The notes beneath the pieces are model-generated. The model saw only the letters and a list, made by a program, of their open reading frames with translations. It was not told the origin of the DNA and made no database searches. Positions 28,660 to 37,694 of a DNA stretch of 64,000 nt are shown one piece after another. Position 1 is the first letter of the stretch. Every line of letters begins with the position of its first letter. The translations under genes were made by a program, and so were the position numbers. The stretch comes from Alphaproteobacteria bacterium (GTDB lineage Bacteria > Pseudomonadota > Alphaproteobacteria > SP197): contig OZ219918.1 in NCBI GenBank assembly GCA_964291415.2, positions 960,001-1,024,000 on the forward strand, given 5' to 3'.

Positions 28660-29805
28660 TCAGGTGATCTCGGCGATGGGTGGGCCCAGGACGTCCATTG
28701 CGGGTTGGACCCCGAGACCCGGCGCCTCGGAGGCGCTGATGCAGCCGTCCCTGGGGCGCGGGCAACCCTCGGCGAGGCTGACGGTGACGTAATCGGTGAG
28801 GTCGGTGGTTGACAGCACGTTGCGGGTCGGCGTGCTGGAAGCAAAGTGAGTCAGCGCCGCAGTGGTGATATCGCTTCCCCAGACGTCGTCAGCGACGACC
28901 GCGAGGCCGAGGTCGCAACAGAGGTCACGCATGCGACGAGCCTTGGTGAGCCCGCCGACACGCGCGATCTTGATGCAGCAGACGTCGACGGCGCCGGCCT
29001 CGTAGGCCCGGATCAGGTCCTGCGGCGTGGTCATCACCTCGTCAAGCTTCACAGGCAGCGGGCAGTGCTTTCGGAAGTGAATGCACTCCTCGAGGGTGAG
29101 GCAGGGCTGCTCGATCACAACGCTGTCGAGACCCCGCAAGGCCTGGGCGAAGCGGATGGCCTCATGCAGCGTGAAACGCGTGTTCGCGTCGGCGATGATC
29201 AGTTCGCCCGGCTGCAGGACGTCGGCGGAGGCCGCCACCCGTTCGATGTCGACGTCGACGTCGACGCCGACCTTGAGCTGAAAGTGGCGGTAACCGTCAT
29301 CGCGGCACGCGAGCATCGGAGCGACGATGTCCTCGGGCGAGGTGCGGTCCCCGAACAGAACGGAGCGATAGAGCGGTACCGGGTCGGGCCATCGGCCACC
29401 AAGAAGATCGCACACCGGTCGCCCGGTCACCTGTCCCATGATGTCCCAGAGCGCGGTGTCGAGGGGCGCCTTCAGATACAGCGAACCGTTGAAGCTGCGG
29501 TCCCACTCCCGGTTGATTTTCTCGACGTGGAAGGGGTCGGCGCCGATGAGTCCCTCGGCGACGATCGGGATGCCCGCTTCAGCGCCCTGCGAAAACGCGG
29601 GCGCGTAGTGCGTTCCGATCGGGCAGGTCTCGCCCGCACCCGTGATGCCCGCATCGGTGTCGACGAGCACGACGACGGACGTGTCGATATGTGGCACAAA
29701 TCCGCTCCCGGAACTGTATCCACCCGTTTTGGGCGGCATCGTGACGCTGTAGACGCGAACGCGCGTGATCTTCACTGCCCTGTTCTCCCGTGGGACCGTT
29801 GCCAT
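28660..29805 (-). CDS. Mandelate racemase/muconate lactonizing enolase family (hydroxyproline-betaine epimerase-like)
   Basis: GETCPIG..Y.PAF, FQLKVG, DAN, EQPC, LDE, KIARVGGLT, DDVWGSDI; alternative GTG start at 29775. Confidence 0.85.
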   Translation of the reverse strand: MATVPRENRAVKITRVRVYSVTMPPKTGGYSSGSGFVPHIDTSVVVLVDTDAGITGAGETCPIGTHYAPAFSQGAEAGIPIVAEGLIGADPFHVEKINREWDRSFNGSLYLKAPLDTALWDIMGQVTGRPVCDLLGGRWPDPVPLYRSVLFGDRTSPEDIVAPMLACRDDGYRHFQLKVGVDVDVDIERVAASADVLQPGELIIADANTRFTLHEAIRFAQALRGLDSVVIEQPCLTLEECIHFRKHCPLPVKLDEVMTTPQDLIRAYEAGAVDVCCIKIARVGGLTKARRMRDLCCDLGLAVVADDVWGSDITTAALTHFASSTPTRNVLSTTDLTDYVTVSLAEGCPRPRDGCISASEAPGLGVQPAMDVLGPPIAEIT

Positions 29806-29961
29806 GCAGCATCCGCCAACAGCCTTGGGACTGTCGTGCGAATACGTGCCCCTGGTTCAGGTTCCGTCATGGCCTCTGAGGGAGGATGTGCGCTGCCCGG
29901 CACCGTGTGCAATCGGAAACGTTCGGCAACGACCCGCCTGCGTGGGCCGCGTTGAGCGACC

Positions 29962-30414
29962 TCAGTCCTTCTCCCAGCGGGCTGCGGCATCGTCGTCATG
30001 GGCGCGGGCCTCGACCCAGCGGCTGCCGTCGGGTGTTTCCTCGAGCTTCCAGAAGGGCGCCCTTGTCTTCAGCCAGTCGATCAGGAAGGCGCAGGCCTCG
30101 AGGGCGGCGTGGCGATGCGCCGAGGCCGTCACCACCAGCACGATCCGGTCGCCGGGCTTGAGGCGGCCGTACCGGTGGATAATGAGGCTCGCCTCCAGCG
30201 GCCAGCGGCGGCAGGCCTCCTCGTCGATCTCCCGCAGCATCCTCTCGGTCATCCCGGGATAGTGTTCCAGTGTCATTGAGGATGGGCGGCCATCGCCTGC
30301 CATGTCGCGCACCACGCCGACGAAAGAGGCGATGGCGCCGAGCGATGTCGAGTTGGAGGCGATGGCCTCCATCTCGGCCGCAATGTCGAAGTCCTCTGCC
30401 TGGACGCGAATCAC
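29962..30414 (-). CDS. moaE: Molybdopterin synthase catalytic subunit
   Basis: LEHYPGMT, IHRYG.L, SAHR, DWLKTRAPFWKLE. Confidence 0.95.
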   Translation of the reverse strand: MIRVQAEDFDIAAEMEAIASNSTSLGAIASFVGVVRDMAGDGRPSSMTLEHYPGMTERMLREIDEEACRRWPLEASLIIHRYGRLKPGDRIVLVVTASAHRHAALEACAFLIDWLKTRAPFWKLEETPDGSRWVEARAHDDDAAARWEKD

Positions 30415-30419
30415 GGGAC

Positions 30420-30671
30420 CTAACCGCCGGTCACCGGAGGGAAGAGAGCGACCTCGTCATCGTCCGTGACCGGAGTGCCGGCATGGCCATAGGCCTGGTT
30501 GACCGCAATGCGCACATGACCGGGTTGCGCGAGAGCCTCGGCGTAGACACCGCCACGCCGTTTCAGCCAGTCGACAAGCCCTCCCGCATCGACAATGTCC
30601 GCGGGAAGCGTGATCTCCTCGCCGGCAAGGCCGATGGTCTGCCTGACGGACGCGAAATAGAGAAGCTTCAC
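30420..30671 (-). CDS. moaD: Molybdopterin synthase sulfur carrier
   Basis: KLLYFA...DEVALFPPVTGG. Confidence 0.95.
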   Translation of the reverse strand: MKLLYFASVRQTIGLAGEEITLPADIVDAGGLVDWLKRRGGVYAEALAQPGHVRIAVNQAYGHAGTPVTDDDEVALFPPVTGG

Positions 30672-30699
30672 GGCGCGTCATTCCCCTGTGTGTGGAACG

Positions 30700-32001
30700 T
30701 CATGACAGGACCTCGCTGAACGGCAGCACCTCGATCATGTCACCAGCCTCGAGGCGCGTCATGTCTTCGGGGAGTTCGGCGAGGCCGTCGGTGTCGACCA
30801 GCGACGACAGCAGGCCGGCACCTTCCCTGTCGAAGGCGTGGGCCTCGGTCACGCCGTCAGCGTTGCGGCGCAGGTGGACACGGACGTACTCGCGGCGCCC
30901 GCCCCTCTTGTTGCGGGCGAATGCCGAGCGAACGTCGAAAGTCATCGGCGCGATATCGACAGCACCGCCGAGGCGCAGCAGCAACGGCCGGGCGAAGCGC
31001 AGAAAGGTCACCATGGCCGCGGCCGGATTGCCGGGCAGCCCGATGAACGTCGCATGGCCGATGTCCCCGAGCACCAGCGGGCGGCCGGGCTTGATCGCCA
31101 TGTACCAGGCATGGAGCGTGCCGTGTTCACGGACGGTGCGCTGCACGTGATCTTCATCGCCGACGGAAACCCCGCCCGATGTCATGAGCGCATGATGCTC
31201 ACCGGCGGCGTCGAGAATGGCCCGCCGGGTCGCGACCGCATCATCAGGCAGGATGCCGAGATCGGTGACCGTGCAGCCGACGGCCTCGAGCAGCGCCCGC
31301 ACGGCGTGACGGTTGGCATCGAAGATGGCACCGGGCCTGAGAACGCCTGGCGGATCGGTGACCTCGTCACCTGTCGAGAAGAGGGCGACCCGGAGTTGCT
31401 CCCTGCAGGGCAGGGCCGTGAGCCCCGTCGAGGCTGCAAGACCGATGTCGAACGGTCCCAACCGGCGCCCCTGGCGCAGGATGGTGCTTCCTGCGGCGAC
31501 GTCCTCGCCGGCCTCGCGCCTGTTGGCGCCGCGCCGGGTGCGGGAATCGAGAACGATCGAGTCACCCTCGGTGCGGACATTCTCCTGCATGGCAACCGTG
31601 TCGCAGCCGTCGGGCATCGGCGCTCCGGTGAAGATGCGGATGGCTTCGCCCCGCCGCGCCTGGCGGTCGAGGGCCATGCCTGCGGCCACTCTCGCCGTCA
31701 CGGGAAGGAACGTTTCACCGGCCTCGGCGAGATCGTCATGGAAGAACGCGTAGCCGTCGACGGCGGCGTTGGCGTGGGGAGGAACATCCATCGTCGAGAC
31801 GATGTCACGGGCAAGAATGCGCCCTGCGGCACGGGCAAGCGGAACGTCCTGGGTGGATGTCACCGGGGTGGCAATGCGCGAGACGAGATCGAGCGCCTCC
31901 GCCGCCGTCATCAGCCGGTCGCCGCGCGCTTCGGGACTCGCCAGGCCGGAATTCAGGGGGCGATGCCTGGAGTCGGGGGGGCGTGTCGGTGCAGGACTCA
32001 T
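30700..32001 (-). CDS. moeA: Molybdopterin molybdotransferase MoeA
   Basis: AVDGYA, IFTGAPMP, FSTGDE, SGGVSVG, IKPGRP, GLPGNP. Confidence 0.93.
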   Translation of the reverse strand: MSPAPTRPPDSRHRPLNSGLASPEARGDRLMTAAEALDLVSRIATPVTSTQDVPLARAAGRILARDIVSTMDVPPHANAAVDGYAFFHDDLAEAGETFLPVTARVAAGMALDRQARRGEAIRIFTGAPMPDGCDTVAMQENVRTEGDSIVLDSRTRRGANRREAGEDVAAGSTILRQGRRLGPFDIGLAASTGLTALPCREQLRVALFSTGDEVTDPPGVLRPGAIFDANRHAVRALLEAVGCTVTDLGILPDDAVATRRAILDAAGEHHALMTSGGVSVGDEDHVQRTVREHGTLHAWYMAIKPGRPLVLGDIGHATFIGLPGNPAAAMVTFLRFARPLLLRLGGAVDIAPMTFDVRSAFARNKRGGRREYVRVHLRRNADGVTEAHAFDREGAGLLSSLVDTDGLAELPEDMTRLEAGDMIEVLPFSEVLS

Positions 32002-32555
32002 GGTTCTTCTGATAACGAACGCCGCTGCGCCGTCAAGGCGCGCCAGGCGGCCTGCCCGTGAAGCAGCCCCGAAACGGCGGTCACAAGAGCGGCCAGCCAC
32101 ATGGCGACGAGACCGGCGGTGACGAGGAACGGATCGGGGATGAGGACCAGGGCGATGGCGACGCACTGGAGAACGGTCTTGGCCTTCGAGAACGGCGTGA
32201 CATCGACAGAGAGCGAGGATGCGGCGAGCGCTTCGCGCAGGCCGCACACGAAGATCTCGCGGATCACGATGACGAGGGCGGCGATGACCGGCACGTCCAG
32301 CGTTGCTGTCAGAACGACGATGACGCCGCAGACCAGGACCTTGTCGGCAATAGGGTCGAGAACCCGTCCCAGGGTGGAATGGGCGTTCATGCGGCGTGCC
32401 AGCCAGCCATCGAGGGCGTCGGTCGCTGCCGCCACGCAGAAGATGGCGAGCGCCGCCCAGCGGGCCCAGGGGTCCCCGTCGATCAGCAGTACGACAATCG
32501 GGACCAGGGCCGCCATGCGGGCGATGGTGAGGATGTTGGGAAGCGACGCCATCAT
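31998..32555 (-). CDS. pgsA: CDP-diacylglycerol--glycerol-3-phosphate 3-phosphatidyltransferase
   Basis: LPNILT, TDALDGWLARR, GRVLDPIADK; uvrC-pgsA synteny. Confidence 0.92.
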   Translation of the reverse strand: MMASLPNILTIARMAALVPIVVLLIDGDPWARWAALAIFCVAAATDALDGWLARRMNAHSTLGRVLDPIADKVLVCGVIVVLTATLDVPVIAALVIVIREIFVCGLREALAASSLSVDVTPFSKAKTVLQCVAIALVLIPDPFLVTAGLVAMWLAALVTAVSGLLHGQAAWRALTAQRRSLSEEP

Positions 32556-32603
32556 GAGTCGCGGCCGGGAGCCAGGGCCGTCATGCAGTCCATGGCGGCG
32601 CCA

Positions 32604-34520
32604 TCACGAATCGCGCTGGAAGTGGTCGCGGATGCGCCGGGCAACGGCGCGATCGATGCCGCTGACCTTCTCGAGGTCGGCCAGCGGTGCGTCGGCCACG
32701 GCGCGGGCCGATCCGAAGTGATGGAGGAGCGCCCGCTTGCGCCTCGGCCCGATGCCCGGGATCTCGTCGAGCAGGGAATGGCTGATGCGGCTGGTGCGTT
32801 TCGAGCGATGGGCGCCAATGGCGAAGCGATGCGCCTCGTCGCGCAGCCGCTGTATGAACCAGAGCACAGGATCGCGTTCGTCCGGCACCAGTGGCTGACG
32901 CCCGGCAAGGAAGATGCGTTCGCGTCCGGCATTGCGGTCCGGTCCCTTGGCGACTCCGGCGACGTCGACGCCGGAAATGCCGAGATCCTCGATGACCGCC
33001 AGCGCCGTGGCCAGCTGTCCGGCGCCGCCGTCGACAAGGACAAGATCGGGCCAGGCGGCGGAGGCGCGCTCGGGGTCCTCCTCGACGAGACGCGAGAAAC
33101 GGCGCTCCAGAACCTCGCGCATCATCGCATAGTCGTCGCCCGCCGGGGCCTTGCGGACGGTGAACTTGCGGTACTGGTTCTTCATGAATCCGTCGGCGCC
33201 GGCGACAATCATGGCGCCGACGGGCTGGGCGCCCTGGATATGGCTGTTGTCGTAGATCTCGATGCGCCGGGGCGCCGCGTCGAGACCGAGCAGGGCCGCC
33301 AGGCCCTCGAGATGGGAGCGCTGGGTCGCACTCTCGGCCAGGCGCCGCTGCAGGGCATCCCGTGCATTCTGCAGGGCATGATCCATCAGTGCCCGCCGGC
33401 CGCCCCTGCGCGGCACGCTGATTTCCACCCCGTGTCCTCTCCTGCCGGCAAGCGCCTCGGTCAGCAGGGCGTGATTGTCCGGCCGCACCGACACCAGGAT
33501 GATGCCGGGAACCTCCTTGTTCTCGTAGAACTGCGCAAGGAAGGCCGCCATCACGGTCTCCGGAGTCCTGTTGGCGCTGCGCCCGGGCCAGTAGGCCCTG
33601 TTGCCGTAGTTGCGTCCGTGCCGGATGAAGAAAACCTGAATGCAGGTCTGGCCACCTTCCTGGTGAAGCGCCACGACATCGGCTGCGGCGAGCGTCGGCA
33701 CGTTGATCTGCTGGTGCGCCTGGATGTGGTTGAGAGCGCGAATACGGTCGCGCAGCCCGGCGGCACGCTCGAATTCAAGGGCTTCGGCAGTCTCCTGCAT
33801 GCGCCGGGAGAGACCGTCCTGGACCTCCCGGGTCTGGCCCTTGAGGAAGGCGCGGGCCTCACGCGTCAGGTGTTCGTAGTCCTCGTCGTCGGCAAGCCCG
33901 ACACAGGGCGCCACACATCGCTTGATCTGGTACTGCAGGCAGGGCCGGGTGCGGTTGCTCAGCACGTGATCGGAGCAACTCCTCAGGGGAAAGGCCTTCT
34001 GCAGGGCCGTGATGGTCCGGTTGACCGCACCGGCGCTGGCAAACGGACCGAAATAGTCGCCCTTCAGGCGCCGCGCCCCGCGATGCTTGACGATCTGCGG
34101 CCATCGGTGGTCGCGCCGGAGAAGGATGTAGGGAAAGGACTTGTCGTCGCGCAGGACGACGTTGTAGCGCGGCTTGAGCTTCTTGATGAGGTTGGCTTCG
34201 AGAAGCAGTGCCTCAGCTTCCGTTGCGGTGGTGACCACCTCGACGGCCGCCGTGCCGGCGACCATCCTGTGCAGGCGCGGATCGAGGCGTCCTGGTTGCG
34301 CGTAGGCCGCGACCCGGTGGGCCAGGTTGCGCGCCTTGCCGACATAGAGAACCTCGCCCTCGGAGGAGAGCATGCGGTAGACACCGGGCCCTTCAGGCAT
34401 GGTCGCCAACGACGCCCTGACGGCATCGGCGCCACTCGTTGCGGGGACCGTGTCCAGTTGCTCGACCGCGGGTCCTTCGGTCTCTCCTGACGGTCGGATA
34501 TCCCTCGAAGCCTTCGCCAT
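32604..34520 (-). CDS. uvrC: Excinuclease ABC subunit C
   Basis: PGVYRM..LYVGKA (GIY-YIG), DDKSFPY, YDNSH, RDEAHRFA, HhH. Confidence 0.97.
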   Translation of the reverse strand: MAKASRDIRPSGETEGPAVEQLDTVPATSGADAVRASLATMPEGPGVYRMLSSEGEVLYVGKARNLAHRVAAYAQPGRLDPRLHRMVAGTAAVEVVTTATEAEALLLEANLIKKLKPRYNVVLRDDKSFPYILLRRDHRWPQIVKHRGARRLKGDYFGPFASAGAVNRTITALQKAFPLRSCSDHVLSNRTRPCLQYQIKRCVAPCVGLADDEDYEHLTREARAFLKGQTREVQDGLSRRMQETAEALEFERAAGLRDRIRALNHIQAHQQINVPTLAAADVVALHQEGGQTCIQVFFIRHGRNYGNRAYWPGRSANRTPETVMAAFLAQFYENKEVPGIILVSVRPDNHALLTEALAGRRGHGVEISVPRRGGRRALMDHALQNARDALQRRLAESATQRSHLEGLAALLGLDAAPRRIEIYDNSHIQGAQPVGAMIVAGADGFMKNQYRKFTVRKAPAGDDYAMMREVLERRFSRLVEEDPERASAAWPDLVLVDGGAGQLATALAVIEDLGISGVDVAGVAKGPDRNAGRERIFLAGRQPLVPDERDPVLWFIQRLRDEAHRFAIGAHRSKRTSRISHSLLDEIPGIGPRRKRALLHHFGSARAVADAPLADLEKVSGIDRAVARRIRDHFQRDS

Positions 34521-34533
34521 CGCCAAGAATGGG

Positions 34534-34563
34534 CGGGGGAGCCGCGCGGCCGTGGCTCCCCCG
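34534..34563 (-). terminator. GC-rich stem-loop between prx and uvrC
   Basis: CGGGGGAGCCGCG / CGTGGCTCCCCCG arms; only a weak U tract. Confidence 0.4.
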
Positions 34564-34568
34564 GCGTG

Positions 34569-35231
34569 TCAGTCCGAAGGCTGCGGCACGATGCGCAGAT
34601 AGGGCTTCGGTGCCTCCCAGCCTCCTGGGAACCTCTCTTTCGCCTCGTCGTCCTTGACGGCGGGGACGATGATGACGTCCTCGCCATTCTGCCAGTTGGC
34701 CGGAGTGGCCACCTTGTGACTGGCTGTCAGCTGGCAGGAATCGAGCAGGCGCAGGATCTCGTCGAAATTGCGTCCCGTCGACATCGGATAGCTCACCATC
34801 GCCTTGATCTGCTTGTCCGGTCCGATGACGTAGACCGTCCGCACCGTCGCGTTGTCAACCGGGGTGCGGCCTTCGGAGGTGTCGCCGGCGCCCGCCGGCA
34901 GCATGTTGTAGGTCTTGGCGACGGAAAGGTCGGTGTCGGCCAGCAGCGGGTAGTTGAGCGCATGGCCGGTGACATCCTCGATGTCCTTCGACCAGCCTTC
35001 GTGATCCGCCACGCCGTCAACCGAAAGGCCGATCAGCTTGGTGTTGCGCCGGTCGAACTCCGGCTTCATGCCGGCAACGGTACCGAGTTCGGTCGTGCAC
35101 ACCGGCGTGAAGTCCTTGGGGTGGGAAAACAGGATGCACCAGGAATCACCGATGTACTCGTGGAATCTGATGCGGCCCGCCGTCGAATCCTGTTCGAAGT
35201 CAGGTGCCGTACTGCCAATCGATAGTGCCAT
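34569..35231 (-). CDS. 1-Cys peroxiredoxin (Prx6)
   Basis: FSHPKDFTPVCTTE, YPMSTGRNFDE, ATPANW. Confidence 0.95.
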   Translation of the reverse strand: MALSIGSTAPDFEQDSTAGRIRFHEYIGDSWCILFSHPKDFTPVCTTELGTVAGMKPEFDRRNTKLIGLSVDGVADHEGWSKDIEDVTGHALNYPLLADTDLSVAKTYNMLPAGAGDTSEGRTPVDNATVRTVYVIGPDKQIKAMVSYPMSTGRNFDEILRLLDSCQLTASHKVATPANWQNGEDVIIVPAVKDDEAKERFPGGWEAPKPYLRIVPQPSD

Positions 35232-35400
35232 GGTTTGCCTTATGCTCCTTGCTGGATGATCCGGTCAGCGGCGCATGCCTGGAAGGGCGGCCGTTCCCCG
35301 GGTTAAGGAACGTCATCCCGGCAGCCTCACCCATGACACTTGGGTTGCGTCGCGTGGAAGTCAACAGTTTCCGGCGAGCGGCGGCAACGCAATCCCGGCG

Positions 35401-37083
35401 TCAGAACAGCCCGGAAATGCGGCCCCGGGAATCGACACCGATTTTGTCGGCGGCAGGCACCCGCGGCAGTCCCGGCATGGTCATGATGGCGCCCGTGACG
35501 ACGACGAGGAACTCGGCGCCGGCCGATACCCGAACCTCACGCAGCGGGATGGTGAATCCCTCCGGCGCCGCCTTCAGCGACGGGTCGGTGGAGAAGCTGT
35601 ACTGGGTCTTGGCCATGCACACCGGCCAGGACCCGGCCGGGGTATCGTCGAGTTCGGCGAGCTGGCGCGAGATGGCGGCAGGCACATCGATGTCGTCGGC
35701 CCGGTAGATCTGCCGGGCGACGGTCCGGATCTTCTCCTCGAGCGGCAAGTCGTCGCCATAGAGTGGCCGGAAGTCGGCGGAACCGCTCTCGGCGAGTTCC
35801 ACCACGGTCTCGGCGAGGTCGACGGCTCCGGCACCACCGTTGGCCCAGTGAGTGGCCTCGACACAGCGCACGCCCTCGGCAGCGCAAAGGTCAAGGAGAG
35901 TCGAGATCTCGGCATCGGTGTCGGCGGAGAAGCGATTGACGGAGACGACAGCCGGTACCCCGAACTTGGCCACGTTGCCGATATGCCGCTGCAGGTTCGC
36001 GAAACCCCGCTCGACGGCGGCGACGTCTTCCCTTGCCAGGTCCTCGCGGGCGACGCCGCCGTGCATCTTCAGCGCCCGGATGGTGGCGACGATGACCACG
36101 GCGTCCGGCGACAGCCCCGCCTTGCGGCACTTGATGTTGAAGAACTTCTCGGCTCCGAGATCCGCGCCGAACCCGGCTTCCGTCACCACATAGTCGGCCA
36201 TGCCGAGGGCAGTCGAGGTGGCGAGCACGGAATTGCAGCCGTGGGCAATGTTGGCGAAGGGGCCGCCGTGAACGAAGGCGGGGTTGTTCTCCAGGGTCTG
36301 CACGAGATTGGGCTTGATCGCATCCTTGAGGAGTGCGGCCATGGATCCCTCGGCATTGAGATCGCGCGCCGTGACAGGCGTTCGCTGCCGCGTGTGAGCG
36401 ACAATGATGTTGCCGAGCCGGCGCTTGAGGTCGTCGATGTCCGTGGCAAGACAGAAGATCGCCATGACCTCGGAGGCCACGGTGATATCGAAGCCGTCCT
36501 GGCGCGGGAACCCGTTGGCGACTCCGCCCAGCGAATTGACGATGGAACGCAGGGCCCGGTCGTTCATGTCGACGACGCGGCGCCATGTCACGCGGCGTTC
36601 GTCGATGCCGTGCGCGTTGCCCCAGTAGATATGATTGTCGACCATGGCCGCCAGCAGGTTGTTGGCAACGCCGATGGCGTGGAAGTCACCGGTGAAATGG
36701 AGATTGATGTCCTCCATGGGCACGATCTGCGCATGACCGCCGCCGGCTGCTCCTCCCTTGACCCCGAACGAGGGGCCAAGCGACGGCTCCCTGAGACAGA
36801 TCAATGTCTTGCGGCCGATACGGTTGAGTGCGTCACCGAGGCCCACAGTCGTCGTCGTCTTCCCCTCGCCCGCCGGGGTCGGGGTGATAGCGGTGACGAG
36901 TATCAGCCGGCCGTTGTCGCGGCCTTCCAGGCTCTTGATGTAGTCGAAGGAAAGTTTCGCCTTGTCGTGGCCATAGGGCTCGAGATGTTCGGCGGCGATT
37001 CCCAGCCGGTCCTGGGCGAGCTCGATGATCGGTCTCAGTGTCGCGGCCTGGGCGATCTCGATGTCCGAAGCGGGTGTCGACAT
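35401..37083 (-). CDS. fhs: Formate--tetrahydrofolate ligase
   Basis: [42 protein letters not shown]. Confidence 0.97.
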   Translation of the reverse strand: MSTPASDIEIAQAATLRPIIELAQDRLGIAAEHLEPYGHDKAKLSFDYIKSLEGRDNGRLILVTAITPTPAGEGKTTTTVGLGDALNRIGRKTLICLREPSLGPSFGVKGGAAGGGHAQIVPMEDINLHFTGDFHAIGVANNLLAAMVDNHIYWGNAHGIDERRVTWRRVVDMNDRALRSIVNSLGGVANGFPRQDGFDITVASEVMAIFCLATDIDDLKRRLGNIIVAHTRQRTPVTARDLNAEGSMAALLKDAIKPNLVQTLENNPAFVHGGPFANIAHGCNSVLATSTALGMADYVVTEAGFGADLGAEKFFNIKCRKAGLSPDAVVIVATIRALKMHGGVAREDLAREDVAAVERGFANLQRHIGNVAKFGVPAVVSVNRFSADTDAEISTLLDLCAAEGVRCVEATHWANGGAGAVDLAETVVELAESGSADFRPLYGDDLPLEEKIRTVARQIYRADDIDVPAAISRQLAELDDTPAGSWPVCMAKTQYSFSTDPSLKAAPEGFTIPLREVRVSAGAEFLVVVTGAIMTMPGLPRVPAADKIGVDSRGRISGLF

Positions 37084-37136
37084 GGTCAGGGTTCCCTCCC
37101 GGGGCAATGGTGTTGGTGTATGGACAGGTGGCGCCT

Positions 37137-37694
37137 TCAGGAGGCGTTCCGGATCTCCCGGTCGCCGTTTTCGACTTCCGACACGCGCCATGAGAGACGC
37201 ATTTCACCGGCGGTGTTGGCCACCGTTGCCAGGCAGGCGTGCACCCGGTGGTCGGGAACATGCACCGCGAACCGCGTCACGTAGCGATCGCGACCGGGTG
37301 CCGGGATGCGTTCCGAGTTCATGCGCACGATGTTGGCGCCGAAGCTTCCGAAGACCTCCGCGATGCGCAGGATAAGGCCTGGTGCATCCGGGCCGTCGAG
37401 CTCGATGCGGTGGGTAATGTGTCCACTCTCGTCATGCACCGCACGCATGTCGAAGGTGGCGACCGTGACCCGGCCTTCGGCGACGCCATCGAGAGTCTCG
37501 AGATCCCGCTTTACTGTTGCCGTGGCGACGTCATCGGGGATCTCCGCGATAGAGGTAAACTCCGCCATGTCGCCGAGGACGGCAAAGGTCGTGTCGGAGA
37601 GATTGGCGTTGAGATCGAAGAGGCGGCCGGCAATCTCGGCCACGAGTCCGGCGCGGTCGTGGCAAATGAGGGAAATCAGGCAGACGGCGGTCAT
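37137..37694 (-). CDS. Tandem ACT-domain protein (GcvR-like)
   Basis: DRAGLVA...ANLSD and DAPGLI...ANIV ACT signatures. Confidence 0.8.
   Translation of the reverse strand: MTAVCLISLICHDRAGLVAEIAGRLFDLNANLSDTTFAVLGDMAEFTSIAEIPDDVATATVKRDLETLDGVAEGRVTVATFDMRAVHDESGHITHRIELDGPDAPGLILRIAEVFGSFGANIVRMNSERIPAPGRDRYVTRFAVHVPDHRVHACLATVANTAGEMRLSWRVSEVENGDREIRNAS

Noticed and set aside
23797-29967. Possible degenerate duplication of the ilvE/moaE junction at both ends of the accessory patch
   Set aside because: Similarity limited to short gapped words (cgcctg, gccgc, gcgac, cagt); cannot be supported without an alignment
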